A stretch of DNA of 64,000 nt from Octopus vulgaris. Its lineage: Eukaryota. This document shows, in pieces, positions 26,331-39,597 of this stretch. Under the pieces are notes generated by a model that worked only from the letters and a program-made list of their open reading frames with translations, was not told the DNA's origin and made no database searches. A program made the translations under genes and the position numbers. The stretch is taken from positions 161,696,001 to 161,760,000 of the forward strand of contig OX597816.1 of the NCBI GenBank assembly GCA_951406725.2, read 5' to 3'. Every line of letters begins with the position of its first letter. Positions within the stretch are counted from its first letter, which is position 1.

Positions 26331-26441
26331 TATATATATATTAATAATAATAATATGACAACAAAAGAATGAACGAGACCTTGATATTATGTAAATAGAG
26401 GAATTTATCTGTAATATATGTGACAATTAGTTGGTTGCCAT

Positions 26442-26502
26442 AATAAAACTCAGAGTTTTGGATGTTGGGGTGAAAGTCTGCTCCAGCATCTCATCAGTTA
26501 TT
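26442..26502 (-). ncRNA. Degenerate type-I hammerhead (GAAA mutated)
   Basis: aataa-CTGATGA-gatgctgg..ccaacatc-c-AAAA-ctctgag-TT-ttatt. Confidence 0.45.
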
Positions 26503-26959
26503 AAGACAAACAAAAATGCTCTGAAAATGACCGTTAAATAAAGGGAAAATACAATGAAGATGACCGTTATTAAAACAAACAAAAGAGCTATGAGAATGAC
26601 CATTAAATAAAGGGAAATTACCTGAATAGGGAGAAAATAAAAATACTTGAAGAAGATAAACCCATGGTCATAGAATCCACGTATGTGTGCATGTACATCC
26701 ATACACATGCTGTTATTTTTCATCAAAAGATCAACACAGATAACATGATGTGCAGCAAAAAAAAGCTTCTGTTAATTGTCCGTGAATGTTACCAATCATT
26801 CTTACATGCAGCCCTAGAAAGACATTTCCATTTTCCACCAACATCTAATTCACAGCACAACACCCATCCAACAGTAGAATAGTACACATCTCTATTTTAA
26901 AAACATTTTATTTGGTGCTCTGCCTATTGTACCTTCAAGTTTAACGATTTTTTTTAGCT

Positions 26960-27105
26960 AGGTTAGGAAGGGCATCCAGCTGTAGAAACACTGCTAGATC
27001 AGACTGGAGCCTAGCACAGCCTCCTGGCTTCCCAGACCCCGGTCGAACCGTCCAACCCATGTTAGCATGGAAAACGGACGTTAAAAGATGATGATGATGA
27101 TGATG
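26960..27105 (+). mobile_element. RTE 3' tail
   Basis: gttaggaagggcatccagctgtagaaac..cggacgttaaaagatgatg. Confidence 0.8.
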
Positions 27106-28045
27106 CATGTTGTTATTATTCTTTAGCCCTAGGTCAAACCTGATTGAGCAGATCCTATGAACAAAAGCAATCCACCTATGACCATCCCATCTTCTATTTT
27201 GAAAATAGTGGAATACATTGTCTATTGCGTCATTCATTTTCTAAGACGATATAGTGTAATTTGAGGGATATTTGGCTGCTATCTCTAACAAGTCTAACAA
27301 CTATACAGAAGTTTCCAGTTAATTAATTAAATTTACATACAACACAGTGAGCTATGGAAGATTAGCATATATATTTATTAGATATCACACAAAGCTACCG
27401 AAAATCGAATGAAACAAATATTTTTGTTGCATCAACGCTACATGAAGAAATTGTAATAAAATTAGCATATCTATAGTTATAGATATGCTACCAATTAAAT
27501 ATCATAGAAACCAAAATGTCGTCTTAATAAATACGGCTTACAGGAATTAATTTGAAGGTTTAAAGAAATTGAATTATCTCCCTTTAATGAGTTGTCTCCC
27601 TTTAATCTAATGGCCTATGAAGATTACAATAAGACAAAACAAATTAGATTTGAATTTATCGAATGTATGGATTAATAAGATATATTGTCGTTCAAATTAT
27701 TGATCGGCAAGACGATTATGCATTAAACAGTCCCCACTTTCTTCTTTCCCATACACGTTTATTTCTGTGGACGCGAGCACTGTATACAATAATTTCATTA
27801 CATTACTAACGATGTTCAAAATGAATGCCATCCTTACTTATCAACGATGAATAAACGTTATGGACGTTTTCACTCTTTCTTTGATTAAAAATCCTTCTCG
27901 AATGCATAACTGATGTTTTCTCATTTTATTGACCGCAAAGAAATAAAAGACCAAACCAAACCAAACACCAGTAGAATCTGAATTCAGAGCATAAGAAATA
28001 CAAAACTAAATGAAGATATTTAATGCTGTGCATTACTTAACTTAG

Positions 28046-28305
28046 TGGAGGCGCGTGGCTTAGTGGTTAGGGTGTCGGCATCATGATCGTAAGATTGTGG
28101 TTTCGATTCCTGGATCGGAAGACTCGTTGTGTTCTTGAGCAAAACACTTCATTTCACGTTGCCCCAGTCCACTCAGCTGGCAAAAATGAGTAACGCTGCG
28201 ATGGACTGGCGTCCCGTCCAGCTGGGGAACATATACGCCATAGAAACCGGGAAACGGGGCCCAAGAACCTGGCTAGGATTTAAAAGGGCGCATTTATTTT
28301 TTTAT
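28046..28305 (+). mobile_element. tRNA-derived SINE related to family C
   Basis: A box tggcttagtgg, B box gtttcgattcc; ctgcgatggactggcgtcccgtccag block shared with 9961-10264. Confidence 0.8.
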
Positions 28306-28384
28306 TTTCACCTAACTGCCCAACGGTTATCCGCATTAATGAGGACCTCACATATCTCCAGGATCTTTTCTGAGTCCATATTTT

Positions 28385-28650
28385 TCACGATCAGCGGAGA
28401 GTTTTATGACAACTTGCCGAGGCAGTTATGAGAGGCTGTCAAGACCAAACGGTCAGGAAAACTGACGAAAGGGTTCTTGTTTCACCAGGACAATGCTCCA
28501 GCTCATAAGTCCTTGGTTTCAATGGCTGCTGTGCGTGACTGTGGTATTAAACTGGTTGAAAAATCTACTCTTGATTTGGCACCATCATCTGATTTCCAGC
28601 ATGAAGAAACACTTGGCTGGGAACCAGCGTCGCAGTGATGACGTCATTTC
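28385..28650 (+). mobile_element. mariner transposase catalytic-domain fragment (pseudogene)
   Basis: TISGEFY..KRSGKLTKGFLFHQDNAPAHKS..DLAPS..MKKHLAG with stop and frameshifts. Confidence 0.85.
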
Positions 28651-28760
28651 TTTTATTCTTTTACTTGGTTCAGTCATTTGACTGCGGCCATGCTGGAGCA
28701 GGTCTTAAAGGGTTTTAGTCAAAGAAATCAACCCTAGGACTTAATTTATCGCTTTCTTTT

Positions 28761-28840
<80 letters not shown>

Positions 28841-29001
28841 TTATGAATTTGTATAGTAAGATTCCTGATGTGAAAGCGTGTGTTGAAACAGATATTGTTG
28901 CATTTCGGGCCGGTCATTTTTTTTTTTGCCAAATAATCACATGCACTATATATTCGTCCTTCACTCGTTTATTACGGTTCTTATTTCAACTCATGTTTAT
29001 T

Positions 29002-29044
29002 GTCCGGAAACCTTTCGTTACACATCTGTGACCTCTTCAGCGAC
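29002..29044 (-). ncRNA. Degenerate hammerhead-like motif
   Basis: gtcg-CTGAAGA-g-gtcaca-gatg-tgtaac-GAAA-ggt-TTC-cggac; stems I and III are weak. Confidence 0.35.
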
Positions 29045-29154
29045 TGATAATATAAGTACTAGGCTAACAAAGAATAAGTCCTGAGGTCGATTTATTCGAC
29101 TAAAGGAGTCGGTGTTCCAGCATGACCGCAGTCAAAAGACTGAAACAAATAAAA

Positions 29155-29211
<57 letters not shown>

Positions 29212-29294
29212 GGTCCCGGGTTGATTCGGGGTTAACCACAGTAAATAAGGTACTCAATACATAGCAGAGTAAAATTAATTTATTATATAGAAGG

Positions 29295-29345
29295 AGCTTC
29301 TACAGGACTAGAACTGTTTCATTCAAGAGAAATCATCAGGAAGCT
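29295..29345 (-). ncRNA. Type-I hammerhead ribozyme, intact core
   Basis: agcttc-CTGATGA-tttctcttgaat-GAAA-cag-ttctagtc-ctg-TA-gaagct: 6-bp stem I, short stem II, 4-bp stem III, GUA site. Confidence 0.75.
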
Positions 29346-29358
29346 AGTTAACATAACT

Positions 29359-29409
29359 AGCTTCCTGATGATTTCTCTTGAATGAAACAGTTCTAGTCCT
29401 GTATAAGCT
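29359..29409 (+). ncRNA. Type-I hammerhead, mirror copy with a mismatch at the first stem I pair
   Basis: Same as 29295-29345 except GTA-taagct. Confidence 0.65.
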
Positions 29410-29420
29410 CCTTCTATATA

Positions 29421-29507
<87 letters not shown>

Positions 29508-29574
29508 GGTCCCGGGTTGATTCGGGGTTAACCACAGTAAATAAGGTACTCAATACATAGCAGAGTAAAAGCTA

Positions 29575-29649
<75 letters not shown>

Positions 29650-30050
29650 CGCAGGAGTGGCTGTATGGTAAGTAGCTTGCTAACCAACCACATGGTTCCG
29701 GGTTCAGTCCCACTGCGTGGCATCTTGGGCAAGTGTCTTCTGCTATAGCCCCGGGCCGACCAATGCCTTGTGAGTGGATTTGGTAGACGGAAACTGAAAG
29801 AAGCCTGTCGTATATATGTATATATATGTACGTGTATGTGTGTGTGTTTGTCCCCCTAGCATTGCTTGACAACCGATGCCAGTGTGTTTACGTCCCCGTC
29901 ACTTAGCGGTTCGGCAAAAGAGACCGATAGAATAAGTACTGGGCTTACAAAGAATAAGTCTCGGGGTCGATTTGCTCGACTAAAGGCGGTGCTCCAGCAT
30001 GGCCGCAGTCAAATGACTGAAACAAGTAAAAGAGTAAAGAGTAAAAGAGA
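29650..30050 (+). mobile_element. SINE family A, full length, low divergence
   Basis: Complete head, body and (gtaaaaga)n tail. Confidence 0.9.
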
Positions 30051-30069
30051 ATATATATATATACATATA

Positions 30070-30155
<86 letters not shown>

Positions 30156-30244
30156 ATCCAACACAGAAGAAAACACAAAAAAACACAACAACGCGAAGAC
30201 GTGGAACAAATATAGTATTATTGGACGCTCAGGAAAGAAGGAGG

Positions 30245-30280
30245 GTTTAACGTTTCGAGCATCCGCTCTTCGTCGGAAAC
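30245..30280 (-). ncRNA. Minimal hammerhead (family H2) in short element 30152-30371 within (TA)n
   Basis: gttt-CCGACGA-a-gagc-ggat-gctc-GAAA-c-GTT-aaac; U4C core variant. Confidence 0.55.
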
Positions 30281-30368
30281 ATAGAAGGAAAGGTCCAGAG
30301 CTCCGGGGAAGACACGAGAGCTCCGGAAAAAAATGAGCGCCTATTAATAATAAACGGTCCACACGAGG

Positions 30369-30556
<188 letters not shown>

Positions 30557-31065
30557 CATACATACATATATATATAAGTTCAGTAAAATTTAGATTCAGT
30601 TGAATATGGTACTTAATAATATGGTACTATGAATATGGTACTTGAATATGGTATTATGAAACGATCGTACTGCATTACCTCTGGATATCCTTGTTGCTTA
30701 TCTTGATTGTTTACACGCATACACACATATATATATATGTACATACGTATGTATATAGATATCGAGAAAAACAACACGTTTTAAATCTGGGCGAGAGAAA
30801 TACAGTAACAGTACCGAATAGTAATGTTTGTATGCCAATATATAAAGATATATTTATGGGTGTGTGTTTTTTGTGTCTGTCCTATATCACCGGTTGTGTG
30901 TTTATGTGTCCGTAACATAGCGGTTCAGCAAAAGCGAGGAGAGAATAAGAGCTAGGTTTTAACAAAGATAGAAGTACCGGGGTAGATACATTCGACTAAT
31001 AATTCTTCAAGGCAGTACTCCAGCATGACTGCAGTCTGATGACAGCAACAAAGAAAATTATAAAA

Positions 31066-31113
<48 letters not shown>

Positions 31114-31439
31114 AAATTATATACACAGAATATATATTACTGTTTGAGACTTCATATTTTTCTTTTTTAAGAAATATTTGGCGTCAAAGGTTGCATAACG
31201 ATATTTGTAGTTAACATTCAAAAGATATTACTGACGAATAGATGCATAAAGTGACATATAGACAGACACTTGCCCAAGGTGCCACGCATTGGGACTGAAC
31301 CCGGAACCATGTGGTTCGTAAGCAAGCTACTTACCACACAGCCACTCCTGCGCCTGTATGTATATGAAGTTAACAAAATGCAATGAAACATGTTTCATAG
31401 AATGGTCGAATTTAATGCAGCAAAAAATCCCGGCTTGAC

Positions 31440-31990
31440 GGCGCAGCTATCTACCTAAGGCTGTATATGGCTATGGTGCGGTCACACTTGGAATTTGCAT
31501 CACCAGTCTGGAACCCCTATCTTGTTCAGGACATTAACCCCTGGAAACTGTTCAGAGACGTGCAATTAAACGAATACTCGCCATCAGACATCTACCGTAC
31601 TTTGAACACCTTGCTTCTCTGGAAGCACCGACGTCTGGCGAACGACTTGTTAAACACCCAGAAAATTATTAACCGTTGTGCCAACTACCACATTGAGCAC
31701 TTTTTTGAGCTCCATGTGTCTAACACATGAAGGCATGCCTACAGGGTCAGAAAACAGCACAGCTCCTATGATTTTCAGAAACATTTTTTCACACGCATAG
31801 TTGCTGAAGCATGGAACAAACTACCTACATCAGTCGTTAGTTGCTGAGACATTGCATCCTTTAAAACCGCCATGGTTCTTGAAATTCGCCAACACTACAC
31901 CTGATATCCCCCACCTCCATACGCATGCACACATGTATATCTTGACTCATACACTGTTCATTTTCCTGACTTGCATTTTTGATGAGTTGT
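31440..31990 (+). mobile_element. CR1/L2-group LINE 3' fragment
   Basis: LYMAMVRSHLEFASPVWNPY..ETVQRRA..FRKHFF..AWNKLP; frameshifted. Confidence 0.8.
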
Positions 31991-32339
31991 AGTGTATCTG
32001 AGCACAACACACAATTATTTCATTATATATATGTAAGAAGTGCGTGAAGTTTGGAATAATCTGTAATAGCCATTGAATTAACGCTAACAGAAAGTTTCAA
32101 GGGAAGCAACTCCCTACTATCAAGGGAAGTAACTTTCAATTTCATTGTTTGCCAAATCCTATTCTTTTTTTCTTCAGAAAGGAAATACGCCACCGTTTCA
32201 CGCACAAATTAAAACAGACGAACTTCAATTTAAAATAAATGAATTTCATATTGAAACAAATATCACTTGTTCTGGTTATCTCTACAGATATTCTCAAATT
32301 AAAACAAAGGAGCGAAGATTTAAAGTATATCAATTTACA

Positions 32340-32712
32340 GGTCTGACTGTGTGGTTATGAAGCTTGCTTCGCAACCACATGGTTCAAGGTTCAGTATTAT
32401 TGCATCGTACCTTAGGCAAGTGTCTTTTAGTATTGCCCCAGATTGATCAAAACCTTGTGAGTGGATTTGGTAGAGGGAAACTGAAAGAAACCTATCTGTG
32501 TGTGTGTGTGTGTGTGTGTGTGACTTTGTGTATGTGTTTGTCCTCTACCATCGCTCGACTACTGAACTTTGTCGTTCGGTTAAAGAGACAGATTGAATAA
32601 GTACCAAGTTTTGAAAAAAATAAATACTGGGGTGGATTTGCTCGAGTAAACCCTTCGAGGGTGCACCCCAGCCTGGCCACAGTACAATAACTGAAACAGG
32701 TGAAAGATAAAA
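32340..32712 (+). mobile_element. SINE family A, diverged
   Basis: Head and tail motifs. Confidence 0.7.
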
Positions 32713-33655
32713 CACGAAATTTTATTTAAAACAGATTAATGTCACTTTAAAATAGACCAACCTTTATTAAAAACAAGCAAAAGCTAACAAAGTACACAAT
32801 TTTGAATGATTTAAGAAGAAAATTTATTGGTAATTATATAAAAAGGTATGAATTTTGGGAGTTAAATTACTGATTTCGGTTATCCAGTATGCTGATCCGT
32901 ATTAAAGTCGGTAATTTTCAATTTGAAGTGTTGGCTGCTGTTTCTAGCATTTCGAACACCATTATTTCGTTGGTTGTACCAAGCGATTCGCTCCCGCGTC
33001 TATTAGCCGGTCTGAGCGAGGACTGAGCTGATCTCCACCGACGGAAGATTCCTATCACCCATAGCCATTTTGAAGTAATTTCAGCTGTCGATCCTAGTTC
33101 CTTGATGGCTTTCTTCTGTTGTCTGGGTTTCAGACATACCTTCTGCAGGAAATAGCACTCTGATCTGGGTGGAAAGATGCACTAGCCGAATTCAAGAGGG
33201 AATGACAATAATATAATGTGCTTTGATTTTCTATTGGAGAAGATCATTGAAAATCGTAAGGTTTTCTTTGATAAGGCTGAAGCTAGTATCTGATGTGTAA
33301 CAGAATTAATCCATTACATAACCAAGTTCCCTCACATACAAACAACTATAAACTGCCAAAAGCTGTTTACAGCAAGAAATGAGGACAAATATTTCCATGA
33401 ACTTCCCATAGGAAAATTATTAACTGCGTTCACCTTGAACAAGGGATCTCTGACAACACCGCTCGTTTATTTCATGTTTTTTCTTAGCCCCAAAATATTT
33501 AGTAATTCATTATTTGGACTATTTTATCTTTCCTTTCTTTTTATATTTTTTGATTTGGTTCTTTATATAAAGCGGTATAATATACATGCACGCGCGGGCA
33601 CACACACATACATATGAATAAACAAGGAGAATGGGGCACGCAATTCATTTTATTG

Positions 33656-33779
33656 CATCATTCTACAATTGTTTCATCGACATTTTACCAGAAGATTATT
33701 AAGATATAATATACGAAATATTACACCGTATCGGTAATATTTTACCAATACCGGAAAATGTCGACTCACTAGAATAATG
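33656..33779 (-). ncRNA. Degenerate hammerhead with long stem II
   Basis: cattattc-TAGTGA-gtcgacatttt..aaaatgtcgat-GAAA-caattg-TA-gaatgatg; all three stems present, CUGAUGA decayed. Confidence 0.5.
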
Positions 33780-33914
33780 TATGAAATCAATTTGCTCTAT
33801 CTATCCATCTCTCTCTATCTTCCATTCTTCCCGAGCGTTAAACCTAATACATCTGTTTGTTGTTCCTACACCGGTCTTTGTCTTTTCTGTTCTGTAAATT
33901 TGAGCTATATATAG

Positions 33915-34318
33915 TCGTGGCTGTGTAGTAAGTAGCTTGCTTAACAATCACAAGGTTCCGGATTCAGACCAATGCGTGGTACCTTGGGAGAATGTCTTCT
34001 ACTATAGTCTTGAGCCGACCAAAGCCCTATAGTGGAATTGGTAGACGGAAACTAAAAGAAGCTCATCGTGTATATATATGTATATATATATATGCATACA
34101 TGTATATATTCGTGTGTCTGTGTTTGTCCCCTCACCATCGCTTAACAACCAATGCTGATATGTTTATGTCTCCGCAACTTAGCAGTTCAGCAAAAGAGAC
34201 CGATAGAATAAGTACTAGGCTTACAAAGAATAAGTCCTGGGGCCAATTTGTTCGGCTAAGGTGGTGCTCCAGCATGGCTGCAGGTAAATGACTGAAGCAA
34301 ATAAAAGAATAAAAGAAT
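33915..34318 (+). mobile_element. SINE family A
   Basis: Head, body and tail match. Confidence 0.8.
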
Positions 34319-34327
34319 ATATACATA

Positions 34328-34407
<80 letters not shown>

Positions 34408-34849
34408 TGTATGTATGTATGTATGTATATATATGTTTATATATCTATATTATGTGTGTGTGTGTTTATGTATATATATCAAAAGATGTGTTATAATATT
34501 ATTCCTCATATACAAAAACAGCCCTACCAACACTCCAACATATCTCCATCATCAGCTGCCTCACGCATATCTTTATGGTTTCGACACCTGGGCAGTACCA
34601 TTCAATCCGGCGGTGTCAACAGCACTAAAATAAGTGTTGTTTGGGAATAAACATACCAAAGAAACGATAACCTTCAAACACATTTACCCTATGTACAACC
34701 GTATCGGCATATAGACTCAATAAGTAAATTAAAACCAACTCCTAAATACGTAACTAAACAGTGACCAATCCATTAAGTCATACAAAAATTATAATCCCTA
34801 CCGTCTTCCATAGCTTAATGACCACATTTATTCAATGAATCAATCTATA

Positions 34850-35225
34850 GGCGAGTGGTTGTGTGGTAAGTAGCTTGCTTACCAACCACATGATTCCGGG
34901 TTCAGTCCCACTGCGTGGCACCTTGGGCAAGTGTCTTCTACTATGGCCTCGGGCTGCCCAAAGCCTTCTGAGTGGATTTGGCAGACGAAAAATGAAAGAA
35001 GCCCGTCGTATGTGAGTGTATGTGTGTGTTTGTATGTCTGTATTTGTTTTCCCAACATCGCTTGACAACCGATGGTGGTGCGCTTACATCCCCGTAAATC
35101 AGCGGTTCGGCAAAAGAGACCGATTGAATAAGTACTAGGCTTACAAAGAATAAGTCCTAGGGTCGATTTGCTCAATCGACTAAATGACTGAAATAAGTAA
35201 AAAAGTAAAATAGTAAAAAAGAGTA
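34850..35225 (+). mobile_element. SINE family A
   Basis: Head and body match; tail partly deleted. Confidence 0.85.
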
Positions 35226-35656
35226 ATTTTATGCAAAATTTTATACAAATTATTGACATAACTTTCCACGTTGGATCTCGGTGGACATTTAACTTTTCCA
35301 GAAAAATTTTTGGAAAAAGTTACAGAAGTTTAAAGTTTGATAATTTTTATCCAATCAGAGAACAGGATTTGGCAGATGCCATGTTGTGCGTGACTGCACG
35401 CGTTGTCAACTGTAAATAAATGAAATATTGTCGGCATTCTTCTTTTTGCACGCCATATAACCCCTCATTACTTTTTTATTGTTTGGAATTTTCAGAAAAA
35501 TTTTGTGAAATTGTATTCTACACACGGGAATTCATACGATTATGCAAAAAAAAAAAAAAAAAATTGATGCCTGATTTAAGGCCCATTTATCTATATTTTT
35601 TAGTATATCTCACGACCACCATTTGATAAGCTGAAAATGACTACGTGGGTAAGCAG

Positions 35657-35720
35657 CTTGGTAACAGCTTGGCGTGTTACTATGGAAACAGACATGAATC
35701 TGTGTGTAGCTTACGATTGG
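35657..35720. promoter_or_regulatory. RFX X-box-like motif with adjacent half-site and CCAAT box
   Basis: GTTACTATGGAAAC at 35676-35689; cttggtaac just upstream; gattgg at 35715-35720. Confidence 0.35.
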
Positions 35721-35759
35721 CTAAAATTGCACAACAACAACAACAAGAATAATAATAAA

Positions 35760-36294
35760 TGCCCTGATGCAGTACCAGGCAGTGGCTCTGTGGCTTCTGA
35801 TTAGAAGTGTTATCATGTACATTGTGTTGTCTTGGTATAAAAGATGGGCTACAGCAAATATTCTGCTCAATATCACAGATTTACTTGTCAGTTGTTTGAC
35901 CTTAACCACTTGACCATGTCCCTTAGTGGCTGACGATATATGCATTTCTGATCACGAGCAGAAGTAGTAGGGGAGCATCATAGCCATGTGTTGAGAGGTA
36001 TTCTTTGGGGTTTGAATAATTCACCCCTGGAAACATGGTAGGTTCGTTCAACATCTTTAAACAACCCTTATTCAGGGACCTTTTGAACGGGATGGACTAC
36101 TCGACCAGAATAAAATTCTAACTGGGCCCCACCTGCAAGGTCACGTACTGTTTATATTGATATGAGATCACCATGTCGCGTACATATGGTTGTGATGCAT
36201 GTGCCTAGTATACCCTTATCAGACGGGTAGTCATGATGGGTATACTGGGCTTTGTATATTTTACCCCAGTGTCACTTTGATGGCATGCCCACTC

Positions 36295-36295
<1 letters not shown>
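35760..36295. repeat. Unclassified ~535-bp insertion in an (AAT)n tract
   Basis: Higher-GC block bounded by (AAT)n on both sides; no recognisable ORF. Confidence 0.4.
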
Positions 36296-36351
<56 letters not shown>

Positions 36352-37833
36352 TATTATTATTATTATTATTATAATGATAATAATAATAATAACATCGAAA
36401 AATACCTCAGGAATAAGAACCCAGGTTCGAAATTTCCCAAGACACCTGAAGAACAGCAAACAAGATGAGGACAAATATCCGTCGAATGTAAATAATGTAC
36501 ATAATTCCTCATCACTTAAATATAGAACTCTATTATTTATTAATTTCTCTTTATTTATTAATTTATGGCGAAAATGAATTTCATGTCAATGATTAGCATA
36601 CAAAGCTACATAATTACACCAAATATGAAATCCATTGGAACCGAAATTGAAGAAATTGATAAATGGCAGCCAAACAGAAAAGATCCACTTATTGTATAGG
36701 GTCTTTTGCTGAAGGGGACATTACACACCAACACCGGCTGTTAAGTGGCGGTGGGGAAAATTACACACACTCACATATACACACACACATACGATGTGCT
36801 TCTTTCAGTTGCCGTCTACCAAATCTACTCACAAGACTTTGGTCGGCCCGAGGCTATAGTAGAAGACACTTGGGACTGAACCCGGAATCATGTAGTTGGG
36901 AAGCAAGCTTCTTACCGCATGGCCACACCTGCGCCTATAAAAATATTCTGCTTTTGAAAAACCATTCTGTGGGAAGTATTCAAATCATTTTTCATTGGTG
37001 ACAGTTGTTTGATGTAAAACAATTTTTTTCTTTATATAGCCTCATTATTATTGCTCAGCCCCACTATATTCCCCTAGCCCCTCACAGCCTTTATTACTGT
37101 TAACTCCGTATGAATCTGTAAATACATACATACACACATACATAATACATACATACACACATCACAATGTGTGTGTGTGTGTGTGTTTATGCGTGTGTGA
37201 GTGTGTGTTTGTGTGTATATATATGTAAATATACATATACACATATCTATATAAATATGTATAAATACACACACACACAAACATATATATATATATATAT
37301 GTAGACCTATATATTTATACATACACACTCACACCCACACACACACACACATATATATATACATGCACACACACATATAGTTCAAATACACGTACATATA
37401 CATACATACATACATACATACACAGACACACACACACACGGATGCACACACATATATACATACACACACATACGATCATTTACTTTTCTGTGCATCGAAT
37501 ACAGTTTTTGTACATCTATATCGCATTCTATACTTATATGACTTAGTTTTTGTGAATCCAACCACACACACACTCTCTCTCTCTCTCTCTCTCTCACATA
37601 TACACATATATAAATACCCACCCCACATATTCACTACCTCTCTTCCTACACATACATAATTATTTTTCAAAATTCTCCAAGAAGAAAAGACTTGATTAAA
37701 GCTGCCAAAGTAATTAGCTGGAGATAGTTGATCACTTGACGTTAAAGCCAGATAGATTCTGACAACGTTAAAATGAATGACGTTTCAACAACATAACCTT
37801 GACGTTCAACTAACTGTGCTTTGCTAATTATTG

Positions 37834-37897
<64 letters not shown>

Positions 37898-37930
37898 CAT
37901 TAAAGCAACAAAAAAAAGAAAGAAGAGAGC

Positions 37931-38052
37931 CATGAATATCCCACGTTTCATCTTCCTCTCCTTATTCACCAGTATAGCGAGGGTTTTTTTTTTTTCCATT
38001 TAAAAACGGAGGACGATTGTTCTGTCACAAATTCCAGGGTTCAATGTCGAGC
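37931..38052 (+). repeat. Left arm of a 122-bp long-range inverted repeat
   Basis: Reverse complement of 41716-41837, one difference. Confidence 0.9.
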
Positions 38053-38109
38053 ATCTAGTGTGCCTTCCACAGGTTCAAAAAATATACTTGTCAATTTACT
38101 TCATTTTTG

Positions 38110-38167
<58 letters not shown>

Positions 38168-38171
<4 letters not shown>

Positions 38172-38872
38172 TAGTTTTATTTTTATAGCGTGCTTTCACT
38201 TCACTACCGAGCGCAGCTCTGTGTGCCTTGGGTATGTGCTGTGATTTGTTGTGATGCTCTGATGGTTATTGTATGGAAAGTGTTCTGCGTAGGATGTGTG
38301 CAGTGCCTAGTAGTGCAATTTTCTGTATGTTATATGTGTTTGTAAGTCCTGGTGTTTTTGTTATGTATTTGTCTGAATATTTTTTTATCATGCCTAATGC
38401 ACCTACTATGATAGGAATTTTTCTGTTTTCAGGTTCCACATTCTAGTTACCTCTATTTCCAGGTCTTTGTATTTTGAGAGTTTCTCCATTTCTTTTAGAG
38501 ACACGTTGTCATCTGCCGGTATTGATACATCAATTAGAAAGCATTTTTTTCTTCATGATCTCTGACAACTATATCTGGTCTGTTGGCCTTAATTTCTCTA
38601 TCTGTGTGTATCGGCATATCCCAGAGTATGGTTGCTTTCTCGTTTTCTGTGACCTTTTCTGGAGTGTGCCTATACCATCTTTTTTCTGTTGTTATTCCAT
38701 AATGTTGGCATAGCTTCCAATGTATGTAGGTTCCAACTCTGTCATGTCTGTGAATATATTCCTTCTTAGCCAGGACTGGGCAGCTAGAGATAATATGATT
38801 TATTGTTTCTTGTCCATCTCCACATATTCTGCAGTTACTTGTGTCCATCTCCACATATTCTGCAGTTACTTG
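38168..38872 (-). mobile_element. 5'-truncated R4/Dong-like RLE retrotransposon inserted in (TAA)n
   Basis: CRICG..ETINHIISSC zinc knuckle, RHD, ANRPDIVV endonuclease motif; both flanks are (TTA)n. Confidence 0.9.
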
Positions 38873-38885
38873 TTATTATTATTAC

Positions 38886-38979
<94 letters not shown>

Positions 38980-38981
<2 letters not shown>

Positions 38982-39157
38982 TATTGTATTTGCACAGCTT
39001 CTAACGCTGGAGATGTACTACGGTGTCAGGTGTTCACTACAAGTGAACTAAGGTAACACTCCTTATTTTCCGGAGCTGTTTTCTGCAAGTGCTCCACCCT
39101 TGTTGCAGCCCCTAGTTATTCCATATACTTCTCAAGATTTTTACTCACTGTTCCCAG

Positions 39158-39160
<3 letters not shown>
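38980..39160 (-). mobile_element. Short 3' end of a second RLE retrotransposon in (TAA)n
   Basis: LGTVSKNLEKYME*LG..VEHLQKTA on minus strand. Confidence 0.6.
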
Positions 39161-39250
<90 letters not shown>

Positions 39251-39448
39251 TCTACATTTCTCTGAAGGAGAGATACGGTAGCAGTACTAGGTATTAATAT
39301 TTATCGCCAAGCGAACGTGGCAGTCCAGAGAAATTGGACGAATGCTGCCGTTAATTAGCTCCAAGAGGCCATTGCCTCTAGCTAGTTATGTGACACACAA
39401 ATCTGCATCCACAACTCCTTGTAACAGGGGAGGTCATCAACTTCCCTT

Positions 39449-39520
39449 TGCTGGTTCAGCATCCACAGACCGGTTTCGGGGTATTTGCCCCTTATCAATA
39501 TGGATATGCTAAACCCAGCA
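39449..39520 (-). ncRNA. Type-I hammerhead ribozyme with U3-A8 core covariation
   Basis: tgctgggtttagcatatccata-TTGATAA-gggg-caaata-cccc-GAAA-ccg-GTC-tgtggatgctgaaccagca: ~20-bp bulged stem I, 4 G-C stem II, ACCGGT palindrome, GUC site. Confidence 0.8.
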
Positions 39521-39597
39521 GGCATCGCTGTTCGAAGATTTATTTATATATATTCAGTAGAGCACATTCATTGATTTTCAAAAATAGAAATATTATT

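Larger units (their letters stand above)
29209..29570. mobile_element. Penelope/retrozyme-like composite: 66-bp direct repeat plus 73-bp inverted repeat in (TA)n
   Basis: 29209-29274 identical to 29505-29570; inverted arms 29278-29350 and 29354-29426 with one mismatch. Confidence 0.8.

Noticed and set aside
33134-33255. AG..GT-bounded exon candidate
   Set aside because: Stops in all three frames; only a non-coding exon is possible and nothing supports it
36392-36530. ctgaaga-containing repeat after (AAT)n
   Set aside because: Stem II and GAAA are absent, so it cannot be called a ribozyme
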